A stretch of DNA of 64,000 bases from Phoronis australis (taxonomy: Eukaryota > Animalia > Phoronida): assembly GCA_002633005.1 (NCBI GenBank), contig NMRA01000763.1:65160-129159 (forward strand), given 5' to 3'. The translations under genes were made by a program, and so were the position numbers. Shown here one piece after another: positions 13,261-27,448 of the stretch. The notes beneath the pieces are model-generated. The model was not told where the DNA came from. It did not search any database and saw nothing but the letters and a program-made list of their open reading frames with translations. Every line of letters begins with the position of its first letter. Position 1 is the first letter of the stretch.

Positions 13261-14862
13261 ATCATACAACACTTATTTAAGTTTAGATCAGTTACAAAAC
13301 AAACAGCAGCAACAAGTCATTGGCCTGGTCCACAACATTAGAAATGAACCTGAAGGTCACACCAAAAAGAAATAAGCAGATCATGATAGAAAAGATAACC
13401 CTGGCAACTGATTTACTGTTTACAAGTGCAACTCAAAACCACAATGAATGAATGGAAATTGGACCCAAAGGCCAACAACTCAGCTTAAAATCGAACTCTC
13501 AAGATTATCAGTCACTAGGGGGTAGGTTAGGTAATCACATCGCCCTGAAAGCTGAAGAAGTTGCGTGAAATTGAAGAACAATAAGTCCAAGGGGCACGAA
13601 TCTTACAAATTCCACCTGATATCTCCCATGCTATTTTTGCAAGTGTCACGTGCCAGGTAACGCGCTTCACTCAGTCTCGCATTTGTCCTTGCCTAACTCA
13701 CGTGATTTCAATTGAAATGGTTTGTGGTTACCGCGCGATGAAAAAGTCAACGGCAACTAAAACGTGGAATTCGAATTCTTCGCCAAAGTCATCTTACTTC
13801 CTCTAAACATGTTTCATGGAAGATATGTACAGAACCAGAAAGGATCGCGGAAGAAAGTAAGCGCTTTTTTAAGTGCAAAATGCACTTTTCACGATATGAA
13901 AACCTCTTCGTCATTTAAGCGGATCTCGCCCACCCCTCGTGTAAAATAAACGGGACGAAATTAGTAGGCCTGCAGAAAATGACAACTGTATACCTATGCT
14001 TAAAAACAATTTCTCAATTGCTGTTCGTTTTAACAATACACGTATATTTCTCCTTATTGTGTAACATATTATATTCTGGAACTTGCGTTTAATCGAAACA
14101 ATTTGATTATGGTACATTTTGGCCTTTTGGTTGGAAATTATAAGTTGCCTTATGGAGACGAATCAAAACTAACTTTTTGTAAATTCTTACGCTCTGCTCG
14201 TACACAAGGCGGTAAATGTTTACATTAATAAAAACTATTTTCTGGCCTAGAAAGAAAATTCAAAGTTGTAAATTGCTTAGTTTTTCGCGAGGAATTCAGT
14301 TAAGCAGTTACATTTTTAAATAAATTTTAGTTTTTCCCAACATTCGACAGGCACGTAGTTTTATGGCATAATGAGATGTCATTAAAGTGGCATGGACCCC
14401 GAAAACTCGTGAAAAATACGTTTTAAACGATCCCAAACGAAAGTACCTTCTTTCAACCTTTACCAGAGAGTTATCAACTTCCCCCTGAGAAGGAATCTCC
14501 AGAAAAAAATGACCCAATTCATTGTTTTTGAAAGAAGTACGAAACAAAGTTTGTATGGTAACCACCTAAATCTGTCAATCTCCTCCTCACTTATGATAAA
14601 TGCGAGCATGCGCTTAGTCATTCGACAAACGAACAGCTGACTCAGTGTCAACCAGAGGACAGTGTTGTGTAGTGAATACTTTGGCCACCCAATGTGCTGT
14701 AAACCTCGTGCTGTGCATTTTGTGCCTGCCTCTACGATTCTTCACGATTGGACCATTACTTGAAATTTAATTGTGCTGATCTGTAGTGGAATATTATTCA
14801 TCTACACTATGTGTTTGAGGACGGTGCTGCCTTAATAATCGCAGGCGCGGTTTTACAAGAAA

Positions 14863-15250
14863 ATGCGAGACAAGATGTCGGACAGTGGAAAGCTGGGCAA
14901 GAAAAGGGGACGTTCGTCTAAGTTAACCGACTCAATTAGAAAGAAAAGAAGGCAAGATTTGCAGTTGAAAGTTAATAAACGACGCATTTATTTGGGTACA
15001 GAGCACTGTTGCTGGGAATCTCTTAGAATTGAGATTTTTGTCACTAATTCCGAGTTGGCCAAACGATAGCTTGACCATGCGTAAGTATTTGTTCGGTCCT
15101 GCTTACTTCGGTAGTTATCGGGACATTGCGCGGTCCCAGCACATCAAAATCACCTCGATTCAATAAAGTAGTGGTCCAAGAACTCACTGAGAAAGTGAAA
15201 ATTGGGAAAGTTAAATTCAGACATCTTTTCACCGAATTGCATTGTCTGTT
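14863..15250 (+). mobile_element. Decayed N-terminal fragment of a DNA-transposon-associated protein
   Basis: KKRGR..RKKRRQD..NKRRIYLG..WESLR...NSELAK resembles the basic/helical N-terminus (RIxIG..W..L....ELA..LL) of invertebrate DNA-transposon proteins; frame lost downstream. Confidence 0.4.
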
Positions 15251-15508
15251 GACATTAGATAAGCGGCAAAACCTACATGTACTTAAGGCTAAGCCTATAT
15301 TTGATTACACCTACTTGTCGACATATATTGACGCCTTGTTTAGTTGTTTTCAGTTGATAATTCTTGAAACACTAAGAGAAATTAAAAAGAAGTATTACTT
15401 TGAGATAGTACCACCGTCTCAACTGACCGCAGTAGAGACGGCAGTAGTCCAATGGGCCCTCCATAAGCTGGAAGCTTTTTGGCGAATTGTGCCACATTGA
15501 TTAAATCA

Positions 15509-15987
15509 TCAAAGTCATGTTGCTGCAACGAACTTTTGCAGATAGGGGGATATCTTAGGAGAACGTTAATGTCTTAACTTCTTCCCAGCTCTGAGAAATA
15601 CTAACGAGCATTAGGAGTTATTCTGTCCTTCGTTAAGGTAACAAAATTATGGACTGACCATTTCTGGGAACTGGCCCAATTCTGTACTGAATGAAACATT
15701 GCTGTAGCGTTTTAAATCACATCGAGCTCGACCTCTATGACGGAGTAAACCAATCACATGAGCACTGCACAGGTGATCACCAGTGTTTGCTAGTGCTTGA
15801 AACTTGCCGCCACGGTTGTACCACTCATACCTGTGCAAAATTACAATGTAGATGAACAAAGAAGCGTATCAGAAGTAAATCTTGATTACCAAGGTATTTG
15901 TTCAAGTGCGGAGGAATTAAAGACATTGACTGCCTCCTGAGGTGACCATGTTTATGCTATAAAGGTACTTAGGCAGCATGACTTTGA
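15509..15987. mobile_element. MITE with ~15-bp TIRs
   Basis: TCAAAGTCATGTTGC ... GCAGCATGACTTTGA inverted ends around non-coding sequence. Confidence 0.55.
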
Positions 15988-18749
15988 CAGTGTGTGCGAG
16001 GTACGAGTTGCCGAAAGGCTTCTTGCTGCCCCTAGAAGATCATCTGTGCCACCAGTTATGGCCCAGTTCAGACAGCAATTCTGTTTTAGTAGCAAGTAGT
16101 GCATTTTGCTAGATTTAGTACTTACAAAGTAGGTACAAAGTCATGTCTCATGGGTTTGTAGCCTTGTTTATGTTGTTGTACATTATTTGCAGACCTAAGT
16201 ATATTGACATTGAGTAGAATTATAAACTGAGAGATCAAGAGGCCTACATTCTTGAAAGGTATTACGCGAGATCTGGACGAAAATCAACTGTTAAAACCCC
16301 ATTTATCAATTTTTTGCTGACCTACAAAGGTTTACGAAGTAAAAGCACAAACGTTCTTTGATCGATTTTCAATATACAAATATACATCAACTGAGGATAA
16401 TTTTTGGTTACAAATTCCAATCGACAAGAAATTAAGTAATGAATTGCACTCGCATGTTTAGTGATGGTTATTCGTGTAGTTTGGTTGTTATTATCGCGGC
16501 GAATTATACCAACTATATGCTTTGCACTGTAGGTATGAATTGGCACAAGTGAAAGACTGGCAACAATGTCTAGACAAGTGTCCACAAAGTCAGAATCTGA
16601 AGCAGTATCTGCAACTTCCCAGTTTGTTCAAAGGTACTCTAGAAATAATTTTTCAGTGATTGTGTGTTGTCTACATCTTCACCTACTAATACTTGTGTCT
16701 ACGACAATACATGACATGGAAAATTGCGTTAGTTGAAAACTCCAAGTCAATTTTTGTGAGGGTTACTATTTTAAATCAAATCACTACAGCTTGCCATTGT
16801 TAGAAATATTACTGAACTTGCATTCATTAAGCCTTAACTGGCTTGGACTATGGACTGAATGGTTGTATTTCCATCAAGATTTTGCTTTCTTAACTTTGTT
16901 CTACGTTGAACTTGATTTTACTATACCTTATTAACACTTGGATTATTGTCCAAATGTTGTAACTTGTTTTATAGAACTGATTCTGAACTTACTCGAAAAA
17001 CATTGTCCTTAAAACATGTTTAAAGGTAATAAAATTTTGTTTGGTGTTATCTTTACAGATACATGTATGACTGTGCTACTGCTGTTGAGAAGCCTGGGAC
17101 CTCAAAACTGGTCTCATCAACACCAACTGGTTTACATCTATCGACATTACTCGGGTGTGAAAGTGTTATTCAAAATGAATACTTGTACTCTACGTTACTG
17201 AATTATTTACTGACAGTGCTTTAGGATCATGGGATGTAAAGACTTAAAAATTTAAAAGTCGGAGGCTCATTTGACCATGTCTTTGACAATTATGAGCTTA
17301 TAAACTGCACTAATTGAAATATCCTTGTTAAACGAGAACAAGACAATGAAATATGCAAACTTCGATTCATATGTACGAACCATTATAACATTCGTAATAA
17401 CACTTCAATCGTCGATACAAACAACATCAAATTTATAAACAAATGTCCATGCATGTAAGTCAAAGAAACAGATAAAACAAAAACCAGGGGTATGAAGTAA
17501 TATCGCATTGTGTAAAATTTTCTAGTGATGGTGGTCCTCATTCGTTTTCCCAAGGAGACCAGCATTAAGCAAAATGGCAACATAAAATGTATCTGTACAC
17601 GAACTACATGTATGTTCTTACATGTTATTTGTATGTCTGATTTGTTAAATTGTGCGCATGACTTTTTGTTTGTACTCATCATGTTGTGGTTCGTATGTAT
17701 GAATAAAGTGTTCTTCCAACGGATGGAGTGTATTGTGCGTATGACTCAAATTTTGTACGTATAACTGCCTGGTACCCTCGTGTAGTTGCTGACAAATGTT
17801 GAAATCAAGATAACTTTCTTTGTTACTTAAATGTGATTGTGGCAATGGTGTATTTTCAGTGGGCATGAGCTTTCTGGAATCGATGCAAGTGCTTCTGCCT
17901 GTGACGACGACGCTTTGAAGTATGTAACCAGGTCGCTCGTTACAAACGTGGTGTGACAGTACCGGGGCATGTTCCAAGAAACTGACAAGTTAATTTTTAC
18001 TTAAGTTTAAGATTTGTCTTAACTTGCAAACTTTGAAACTTCCAATTTTGGTAAGTTAAGACAAAACTTATGTCAAACACTTTCTTGAATTGGTTTTGAG
18101 ACAACTTTAAATTAACTTTAAAATTTACTAAATTTTGAAAAGTATCTTATCTGAGTGAGTTCTGTTTAAACGGGTTGAATCCTGATCTTTAAAATTTGTG
18201 AGAACTAGTCAGTGCTCATGAATTATCTTCACAACAAACTGTTTAGTGTTGTAACCGATAATTGAATTGTGAAATACTGTGTGCATAAATTTTGCTTGGT
18301 GTATTGCAATAAAATGAAATTTTCTACATGTCTGGTATGGTCAGGAATGGTGTGCATACGTTTCTCTTCTACGCATGACTGAATTTTGTATACTCTGTAT
18401 ACATGCATTGTATATATTTGTGAGTTGCAGAAACGTACCTAAAAGTGAATTCATCAAAATGGAGATGGACAGCAGTTTTGGTGAACCTTATGAGTAAATA
18501 TCACCAATTAGGTGTGGTTTTGTAGGTCATCCTGCAACTAATCTTGTCGTATTTGTGTTTTTAACGTGACACATTGGTATTCCTAACTTATGCGAATATA
18601 TTGTGGGCAGAGTTGAATTCACTGACTACATTTGCAACAATTTTTCTTTACACCGAATTTTACAATTTTTTCTTTTTTGAAGTTAATTGCTGTATAATTT
18701 AAAAGTTTAAATTTGTCAAAATTTAGTCTAACAGTATTATTAGTGTGTG

Positions 18750-19060
18750 TATTTATTTATTATAGTGACATAAGGGTACCAGTAAATAGTTGTATTGTTT
18801 TGTTTTGTTATTCTGTTTGATTGGCATGACGCCTGAGTTAAGTACAATGATGATGTAATTTGTTTACTACAGAATAGTATGGAACTTTCTAGAAGACTGA
18901 GTTCAGTTGTGATGATGTAATTTACTTCTGCAGTGTAGTGTGTAACTTTCTAGAAGACTCTAGCATGACAGTGGTTAATGCAGTCTGGAATATTATAGAG
19001 ACTGGTAAATGTTTGTAGATTCAGGGAAGTTCTAGAATGTGCTTGAATTGATGTAAAGTT
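18750..19060 (+). mobile_element. Partial LTR-like fragment with internal ~60-bp tandem repeat
   Basis: GATGATGTAATTT..AACTTTCTAGAAGACT repeated twice, plus a further TTCTAGAA; truncated. Confidence 0.35.
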
Positions 19061-21830
19061 CCACCCTCCTTTCCCTTTCAAATCTCATCAACGTGTCTTA
19101 CAAAGAATGTCAGCGATGTTCGGATTTCTTCTGTTAAAGGCTCAACACTCTCTTTCTACCACCTTCTCCAAAAGGTGTCGCACTTGCTCATTTGGTCATT
19201 GCATTTACTCTTCTCTGAAAATTAGGAGATTTTTCACCAATTACGGAAAGGAGATATATATCCCATTTTTGTATTCTTATAATTCACTTAGCTACAAGCT
19301 CAGCTCACTACTAGAACAAACTAGAATTTATTCAATAGTTGATGTCACATCTTATTTTACATCATTAAACAAATGATAACCACATGAAAATCTGCGTAAA
19401 ATGTAACGGCTCCCTATTTCTTCACGATGTAACATGACATAGACTGTTAAGTATTGATTATTCTATATATTTACAAGTCATAAATTATTCTCTGATCCAG
19501 AGTTTTTGAGTTGTTTTTTTCACATGTTTAGAATTCATTATAAAGTACCTTTACGTCAGCTTGACGAGATGCATCAGATTGCCGACCACGTTGAGCTGGG
19601 GTCGCTGAGGCTGGACTAGTAGTACCTGTAGTGGCTGACTTCCCTTTCCTTTCTCTACCTCCTCTGACACACCTCTTCTTGTTTTCATGGCTCTTCCACA
19701 TATCCTATGGAAATAAGCAGGCCTTTCAAACTTCACATAGTCTCAAAGGTCACCAAAAGCCATGCCTAACTTTGGGTGTAATTTCCAAACCAAAGCAAAT
19801 ACTTCAAACAGGACTGGTAATGTGTGAAAAAATTCTGTTGGGGACAGCATTCCAATAGTGAGTTCTCAGCCCCAGTCTGTTGGTCTAAGCCCTTGTCACG
19901 TTTTACCCCATGGATAGGTGGGTGCAGGTTGTCACCGATCGATTCTAAAAGATTTTTAATGCAATGGTAGACTGGACACTGGATCGAGTTAATCACTTTG
20001 TTAATCTTGACTGTATAATCGTATTAAGTCCATTCAAACAAAACCTACAACGTACATGAAATGTCTTTTCTATGCTCAGCCAGTGCTACAAAGCCTTAAC
20101 TTGTAAATCACTTTTAGCACCTCCTACAAGCGTTGGTTCAATAACAGATGTGCCGTTAACTTATCATCATCACATCTTTCCACGTAATGGCAATGTAAAT
20201 TATCAGATGACTGGAGTTAAAAGCTTTTGAGATATTAGCATTTAAATTGTGTTTTAGGTTCGAAAAATATATCAAAAATTAGCATTAGAAAGTTAATCTT
20301 CCCATTTTTAAAGTTTTATTTAAAGAAATCACTGTGAAGCACCTTGTAATTGGTTAGAATTATTGTAAATAACAGTGTGATTACTATGGCATACAGGTAC
20401 ATTTAATGTAATTAAGAAGTCGGCGAAGTCACTGCAGTTGGTTGATGTAAACATGGCCATTTGAACCCTAAAATGCATTGACCACATGTACTTTGGGCCC
20501 ACTGAGTGCACTTGGCCCCAGAATTAAAAAAAAAATCTGGGTCAGAAATTTTGGATTTGCAAACAAGAAAGTCCAATGAAGATTTTCAGAGGAATTCAGC
20601 TTACATTTTCTTACCACCACAATTAAACAGCTGGGGATTTAACTACTTGAACTTGCACTACTCGACCACTCACTAAAGGGTAAATACGCAGTCGCCATGT
20701 AGTAACAATCACCCTGAGATAAATTGTAGTTATAAATACTAAGTACAGTCACGATGCATTGAAAGGATTTTAGCAAAATGCTAGTGTTCATGTTGACCAT
20801 AGATTACACACAACGTACACTGTAGTCTATGATGTTGACCGTACGCCGATCGGTGAGCCAGACTATTTTCACTCACTGAACAATAAGACATGAATCGAAC
20901 GTTTTCTGTTAGAAATGCACATAAAAGAAATCCTAGGCAAAAAGTAGATTAGGTTATACTTGGGAGAGCATAAGAACCAAATAAATCGACAACTTACTTC
21001 AGTAATGGGACTTCTTGGAGTCAATAGAGGTGTCGATGTGCTTTGGGAACCAGCCATCACTGTTTTTCTTTGGGCGAAGTTTCACCTACATGTACCGTAT
21101 CTTAGGTCATCAGGCCATTTCCAAAAAAGGCACCGCAATGCGTTTTTTGACTGTAATGTCGGACTTGACGAGCACGAAGGTGCGTCTTTTTGGTCAACTT
21201 TCAAACGTAAACAAAAATACTCCGAACTCATTTAAAACTCACTATATTTGTGAAACCTACAAAAAACTCGTACGCCACGACATGATATAGGTTTCAGGCA
21301 AGATGAGTAACATTTACTTTCTTATTTTAAACTATTTTTCACGTTCCAAGTCACTTTAAAGGATTACGTACGTGACCAAGCAAGATAAGCAGCTGGACTG
21401 AATTCTTTGGGCTATTGTGTTCGCGGTAGTTAACTCCAGCCGTCGGACGATGGTCGTCCGACGGTCAATTTTTAGGTGGGCAGGGTCCGTCATGAAACTG
21501 AAAGGGATGTCTCTCTTCCTTCTCTCCCTCCCTCCCTCCCCCCCCTTCCTCCCTCCCCCCTTCCTCCCTCCCNACAACGTAAATGCCATAAAAACCAGCC
21601 GACATTAAAACCACCTGACCGCAATATACATGTTGCCCTGGGAAAATCCATTGCCTTAATAACGTCGTCAGGTGGTAAATACTTGTACCTTGCCGGTGGG
21701 CGGTTGAAACAACACACTTTGCTTTGAATATAATAACGATTATACGACAATGTTAGCCTCGAATGGCAGACACAACCGTGTAATAACCCATAAAGTTATC
21801 TCACTAGTGTGATAACATTTTGGCGGGAAA

Positions 21831-21890
21831 CCGAGGCCGGATTCGAACAGTTGCGAGTCGCCGACTTAACCACTACACCACTCAGCGGCT
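21831..21890 (-). other. tRNA-derived SINE head or pseudo-tRNA
   Basis: Minus strand reads GCTGAG TGGTGTAGTGGTT AAGTCGGCGACTCGCAACT GTTCGAATCC GGCCTCGG: A and B boxes present, variable region shortened. Confidence 0.5.
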
Positions 21891-22436
21891 AACGTCATCG
21901 AATGTGAAAATAGAATACTTGAATGAGCACGCGCAACTATCGCATGTTCAGCAAAGGGCATTGCACCGACAAGCATACGCTATGACAAATAAGTCGCATA
22001 ATTTCCATAAAAACGATATTTTAATTCAGTGAAATTTTTCTCTCGTGTTCTCTCACTTGTAAATCACCGATCTCCAATTTTAATGCAGGTGTCGTGTGGT
22101 CGGGATCCTTTGACTTGAGCATTATACTCCGTTACTAGTGGTAACCTACTTTAGCAGACGATATATTCCCGGTCAAAGCTTAGCGTGATAAAATGTGTAG
22201 TTAGCTATAACAGTTGATAAACCTTAATTTAAAGATTAACTTTATTTCTATTTTGTATTATTTTTCAATTGGTTTTGAGTAAAAGCATTATTTTACAAAA
22301 ATATCTCGGCTGTTCTTAAAAGGTCACGACCTCCGACCCTGGGCCTTCGACATAGAAAGTAGTTACAAAGCCGAGGCGAGTCGAGAAAGGTAGATCTATT
22401 CATCATGCAATGTTTTTCGTTCAGTATGTGGTATAA

Positions 22437-22564
22437 ATAGATTATTACATGTTCTCAGTCGTTATCCACCTTATCTAGTGCCCTCGTGGATTTTGAAGAA
22501 TTCTCCAAAATCCACTCGGGCTCTAGATAACAGGGGATAACGACTTCGCCATATAATAATCTAT
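22437..22564. repeat. ~128-bp imperfect palindrome (hairpin MITE)
   Basis: ATAGATTATT..AGTCGTTATCC..TTATCTAG..GTGGATTTTG / CAAAATCCAC..CTAGATAA..GGATAACGACT..AATAATCTAT. Confidence 0.8.
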
Positions 22565-25500
22565 ACGTATATTGCTTACATTTTACGTATTTAGATTTCT
22601 TCTCAAACAAATCGTAAAAGTCACAAAGAATTAAGTCAATCTTATCAGTCCGTGATCACGTTCCCCTTTTCTTGACGCCGTTGTTGGATCCGGTGTTGTA
22701 TTTGTTACTTGTGGCATTGCAAGAGTTGAGAGAAAAGTTTGTACATGTAAGCAGCACTTCACTACAGTTAACAGCCGAAGCTAGATATGGGAGACAACAA
22801 AAGCAGCTGCACTTGAAGCTGAAAGTAGGCTACATCATCCTATACATGTACATGTAGAACCCACAGTGGGCCAGTCAAGAGAAAACAATTAGCCAACAGG
22901 AAAGATAGTATGACCCTAAGGGAGCACGTTGCACAGAAGAAAAAAGAGGTGCAATAACAGCGTGACTAAAGAAGCACAGAGTAAGAATGTTGCTTAAATT
23001 GGAAGACGAAATCAATGAACCTTTTCGTAAACCAGAACTGGAGATTCCGTTTCCTGTAGGACTCTGTCTATAATGCAATACAAACTCCTCGGAATTTCAG
23101 CCCATGGGCGAAGGAAAAAGTTGACAAATTGCATAATTGCCGGTGAGTTGGGAACCCTGTTAAACATTCTGTTTGTGTGCAGAGTCACAAGGTAAATATA
23201 CATGGGGACATAACAAGATTTTGTAAGCTGTAGCTCACTTGCTCTACATAAAAAGTCCATGAACAGAGAGGAAAACAAGAAAATGTCGATAACATTTGTG
23301 CCGCGGGCTGTAGAATACAACGGACAAAAGAGTGACGGTGGTTTTGGGTTGTAGAACAGTGTTTCCGACCAATACCGCGATGACCAACATCAGATCAGAC
23401 TTAATGTTTTGCTGCGATCAGATAGGACGAAGCAGCTAGATAGCGTAAAGTCGGCAGTCCTGCAGCAAACATGAATTAAAGAGGAAATGCAAGAAAATCA
23501 ACGAAATGGCACGAGCTGAAAAAGGAGTCTAACGACAAAGGATGCACGTGCCACAAGTTGCCAGTACAAGAAGCATGAAAGGATTTTGCCTGTGGAGGTT
23601 GGCGAAGATACTTAGGCTACAAAAGTCGTCACGTTGAGAATTGCTGAAATCAAGCACGACAGCAGCTGAAGCAGCGCCAGCTAACGTCTACACTACCTGC
23701 AGCGATGTAGGGAAGTGGTAACAGTTACATTAGAGGTTACGGATCCACCTCAGCAGAGAGAGCTCTAAAACTCAAAGGTTCCCCTGGATAAGGGCCTAGG
23801 TAGCTAAGGAAGGCGTCGAAGCATTTGAAGAAGATTGACCTGAAGCAGAAGATATCACTGTTTACAAGAAATTTCGGGAAAGACGTGAAAACTGCATATT
23901 TTTGGTCGTACCCTTACTCTTGAACCGCTTACGTCACGAGAACATTTGTTGTTACTCGGAACTTTAAGTCAAAATTCACCAACCTGCTTTTTTCTGATGT
24001 AACTTTGTGGTCCATTTTATGCTTGGTGTCAGTATATGACCGCTGAGTAGTCTCTAGGGAGTATCCTTGTCTGTCAAATGTGCGGTAAGTATGCCGTTGT
24101 TGTCGAAACATGATTCAATTACTGAAGTTATGTAGCCCCGTATTAGAAAGGTTTCTGGAAAGCGGCGCAGATAACCTGACGAATTCAGAGACGCAATCAA
24201 ACACGGACACTGGCATCTGCATACTGTACGTGCACTGGCTTGATATTAAAATATATATGCGGGCGCCAATTACGTTTCAATCTAGGCCAGGGCACACGAC
24301 AATACACTTGCGGCAAGAATATTTTGCTTCTGGAACGAAAAACGTAATTTGTATCACAAATTTCATTGTTCCAATTCCCAAATTCCACACCGACAAGTCA
24401 CTTCAGTATGTGTCCCAGAGCATACTAGTGAAGCACACATTTTTACTCGCACCGTGGCGGATCCACGTTTTCAGCAAGGGGGTTTGAGTCACGCCACTGG
24501 CAAAGTGTAAGTCGAAACATTTGTCTACAGACACCACAGCATAAGAAAAGTCGTATACGAAAAATGCAGTGTGTATACATGGGTTTACACAATTACCAAA
24601 TGCTCAAGACCATAAGGAGCACCGACGGCAACTTGACAAACAACAGCAGCCTCTAGCTGTTATGCCTGGAAATAAATAGATGTTCTGTCTAGTTACGAGA
24701 AAAATGACGAACGACCCTGATCTCGGCGCATAGTCGATTATTAAAAGCAACAATAAACGCTTAAATATAACTGTATTAAGCTGAACCACGTTGGCCGTCA
24801 GGGTCAGTTCCAGCATTTTGAGTTTGGGGGGGGGGCAAGGCAGAGTAGTAACCAGGATTTTACCCGCCAGCAATTCGCATCCCTGAACTCCCGGACGTAA
24901 TCTGGAAGAAGTTTTAAGGGGTCATGGCCCCCTCTTGCTCCCCACCTCACAAATGCGACACTACATGGCTGTTGGGCTACCACATGCTGTAACAATTGAA
25001 AAACGTCAAATGGATCCAGAAAAAAATCACCTCGAAACATTTTCACGGAACCAAAACATTGTGGTGAAAATATACACAAGACCAGATCGCAGAGGACCAG
25101 ATGTACACAGAGAGTCAATACAGTATCTTCACAAATAAGCTAGCCTGGTTCTCCGCGAGCCAAAAAGTGCGCTACGCCAAGTGTTTCTAAAAAATAGTCG
25201 ATCTGTTGCGGGACAAAAAGTACTGAGTGACGTAAATATTTTGCAGAGCACACTGTGATAAGCAGATCTATATAGTATGTTATAAAGGTCTGCAAAATGT
25301 TAAATCTCTCACGGGGCCAAACTATGAGAGTAGACCGGGAGAACACTTCAAAAATCACGACTCCGGGGGCAACGCAAAACACTTTAGCACTTCCTATAAT
25401 GATGAGACAAAATCAAGTGACCACTGCATTAAAAACTGCTGCCTTGAAAATTTTTGTTCCCCAGTGGTTGCTCATACATGTATTTCATGTATCTCGCCGT

Positions 25501-26738
25501 TACTCGTTGACAAAACTTGGTGCTAGGGGGATTTCCGTGTATTATTATACTTTCAAGCTTTTCAGTAACTTCAAACCAACGCCCTGGGGCACTTATTCGG
25601 TAAGGGAGAGCGTGTAAACGGAAAGCTGCTATGAAATTATCAGGGTTTTGTGCATAAAACTTTTTTTCAATCTATAAATAGCAAGTTTGCTAAGACTGTA
25701 TTTTGTTAACAAGTGATATATATGCTTCACAAAACTGAGTATGCAATTAAAAGTTGACACTGAATGGACTTTTAAGATGAAATTTTCCGAATAAAGGTCC
25801 CAATGTCTGAACACTTTAAACCCGAAGATGTGACACCAAATTAACGCCGTTTCACTGGGATGGCCTTTCTGAGGAAATTCCCAGCAGTGATACTTATTGC
25901 GGGCAGGAAGACCGTCAATGCTAACTAAGGTCGGAACCAGCCTCCTGTTCAATAACGCTAGGAAATCGCTAAAAAGAAAGACTTCGCGAGATTACATGAG
26001 ATATGCCCGTGCATTTTAAATGAGAACATGTGACTTTGACCAGGTCCTAGCGTACGTCCTAGCGTCTACTGAACGCACAACAGGTCTCCTTTGGCGGAAC
26101 TGAGAGGATATTCAGGATGCCTACTGAACACGGAACAAATCCCGCAAAACTTGTAGAGAAAGTAAAGCTTACACCGCAATTTCTGGTAGTGTAAACGCGA
26201 ATGCGGTCACCTCGTCAACGTGAGTGCGCGCACGCGCACACACACACATAATTTCATGTGAATGATTGTCGAGTAGCACAGGAATAGTTATCAAAAGCTA
26301 ATTAGTGTCTCTTGGGTCTCGGCAGAATTTCGCAGCTCCATAGCTTGTCAGATTCACTTTTCGCCGTATTCGTCTGACCGTTTTGCATGACCTGTTCCCC
26401 AACCTTGCTTGAACTGGACTACTTACTACTCATACTTCAATTATCTAGTGACTTTTAAGTCGTGAAAATACCCAAGGGTCACCTCCCAGTAACACAGGTT
26501 CAGTAATCAAGTAAGTCAAACAAACCTCCAGAACACACCACACCACACCAAAAATACACTTTCACGACCAGAAGAAAACTAAAGACCTGCACCTACATTG
26601 TAACATTAAATTTCGAGTCTTTTTGCATTATTTATCTCGTGGAAAACAGCGTCGAGTGCCTACATGATAATTTGAATTTGGAATGAAAAATCGCTGGATC
26701 CACGTAAATGTATATCGAGTACTAAAAGCTGTTGAAAA

Positions 26739-27021
26739 ACCGGACGATCGCCTCACAAATAAAAAAGTTCATGTTCAATTCAACGTTTCGTCTTTTCATT
26801 AGACACCATCAAGATCATATTTACAACAATTTAGGACAACGAGTGCCAACATACAGCTCAGGTAACATGTATCTCTCACTTCACTCTATGGATGTTACCT
26901 GAGCTGTATGTTGGCACTTGTTGTCCTAAATTGTTGTAAATATGATCCTGATGATGTCTAATGAAAAGACGAAACGTTGAATTGAACATGAACTTTTTTA
27001 TTTGTGCGGCGATCGTCCGGT
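26739..27021. repeat. Foldback element: 130-bp near-perfect inverted arms with 23-bp spacer
   Basis: 26739-26868 is the reverse complement of 26892-27021 with only a few mismatches. Confidence 0.92.
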
Positions 27022-27448
27022 CTTTGATCTTATTGTGGCCAAAAACTGATTTAATTAAAAGCTGTTGGTATTTAGACATTTTGTTCTATTTGATGTTGTC
27101 AATTGAATCTGGTGGACTTTTTGTCTTTGTGAAGAGACTCTTGAGGCAAATCTTTGGAGTTACGTGAACCCAAGAGGTAACAACACAACAAAAATTTCAA
27201 AATTCGTGACAAGTCATGTTTACCTCACAGGTAAAAGGTCTTAAAACAGGTTGCTGAATATATAGAGGCACCCTTAAAAAGCTTAAACACTTTGCTTTGT
27301 TACGCGTGGGATTTACAGAACGTTCGGCTATGCGCGCATGTACATGTAGTTCAAAAAAGAAATGTCATACATATTGACAGTAGTTATTGAAGTCACTACA
27401 TCATTCACCGGTCAGTGCCACTCATTAACACAGTTCTTCACTGGACTC

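Noticed and set aside
17383-17990. Overlapping minus-strand ORFs with Cys/His residues
   Set aside because: Possibly a decayed transposon protein, but no motif I can assign and no consistent splice structure.
19590-20160. Possible non-LTR reverse transcriptase remnant (PIHGVKRDKG)
   Set aside because: A single weak motif is not enough to call a feature.
22860-24100. Purine-rich coding-looking stretch
   Set aside because: Stops in all frames and no recognisable domain; probably an old retroelement but unsupported.
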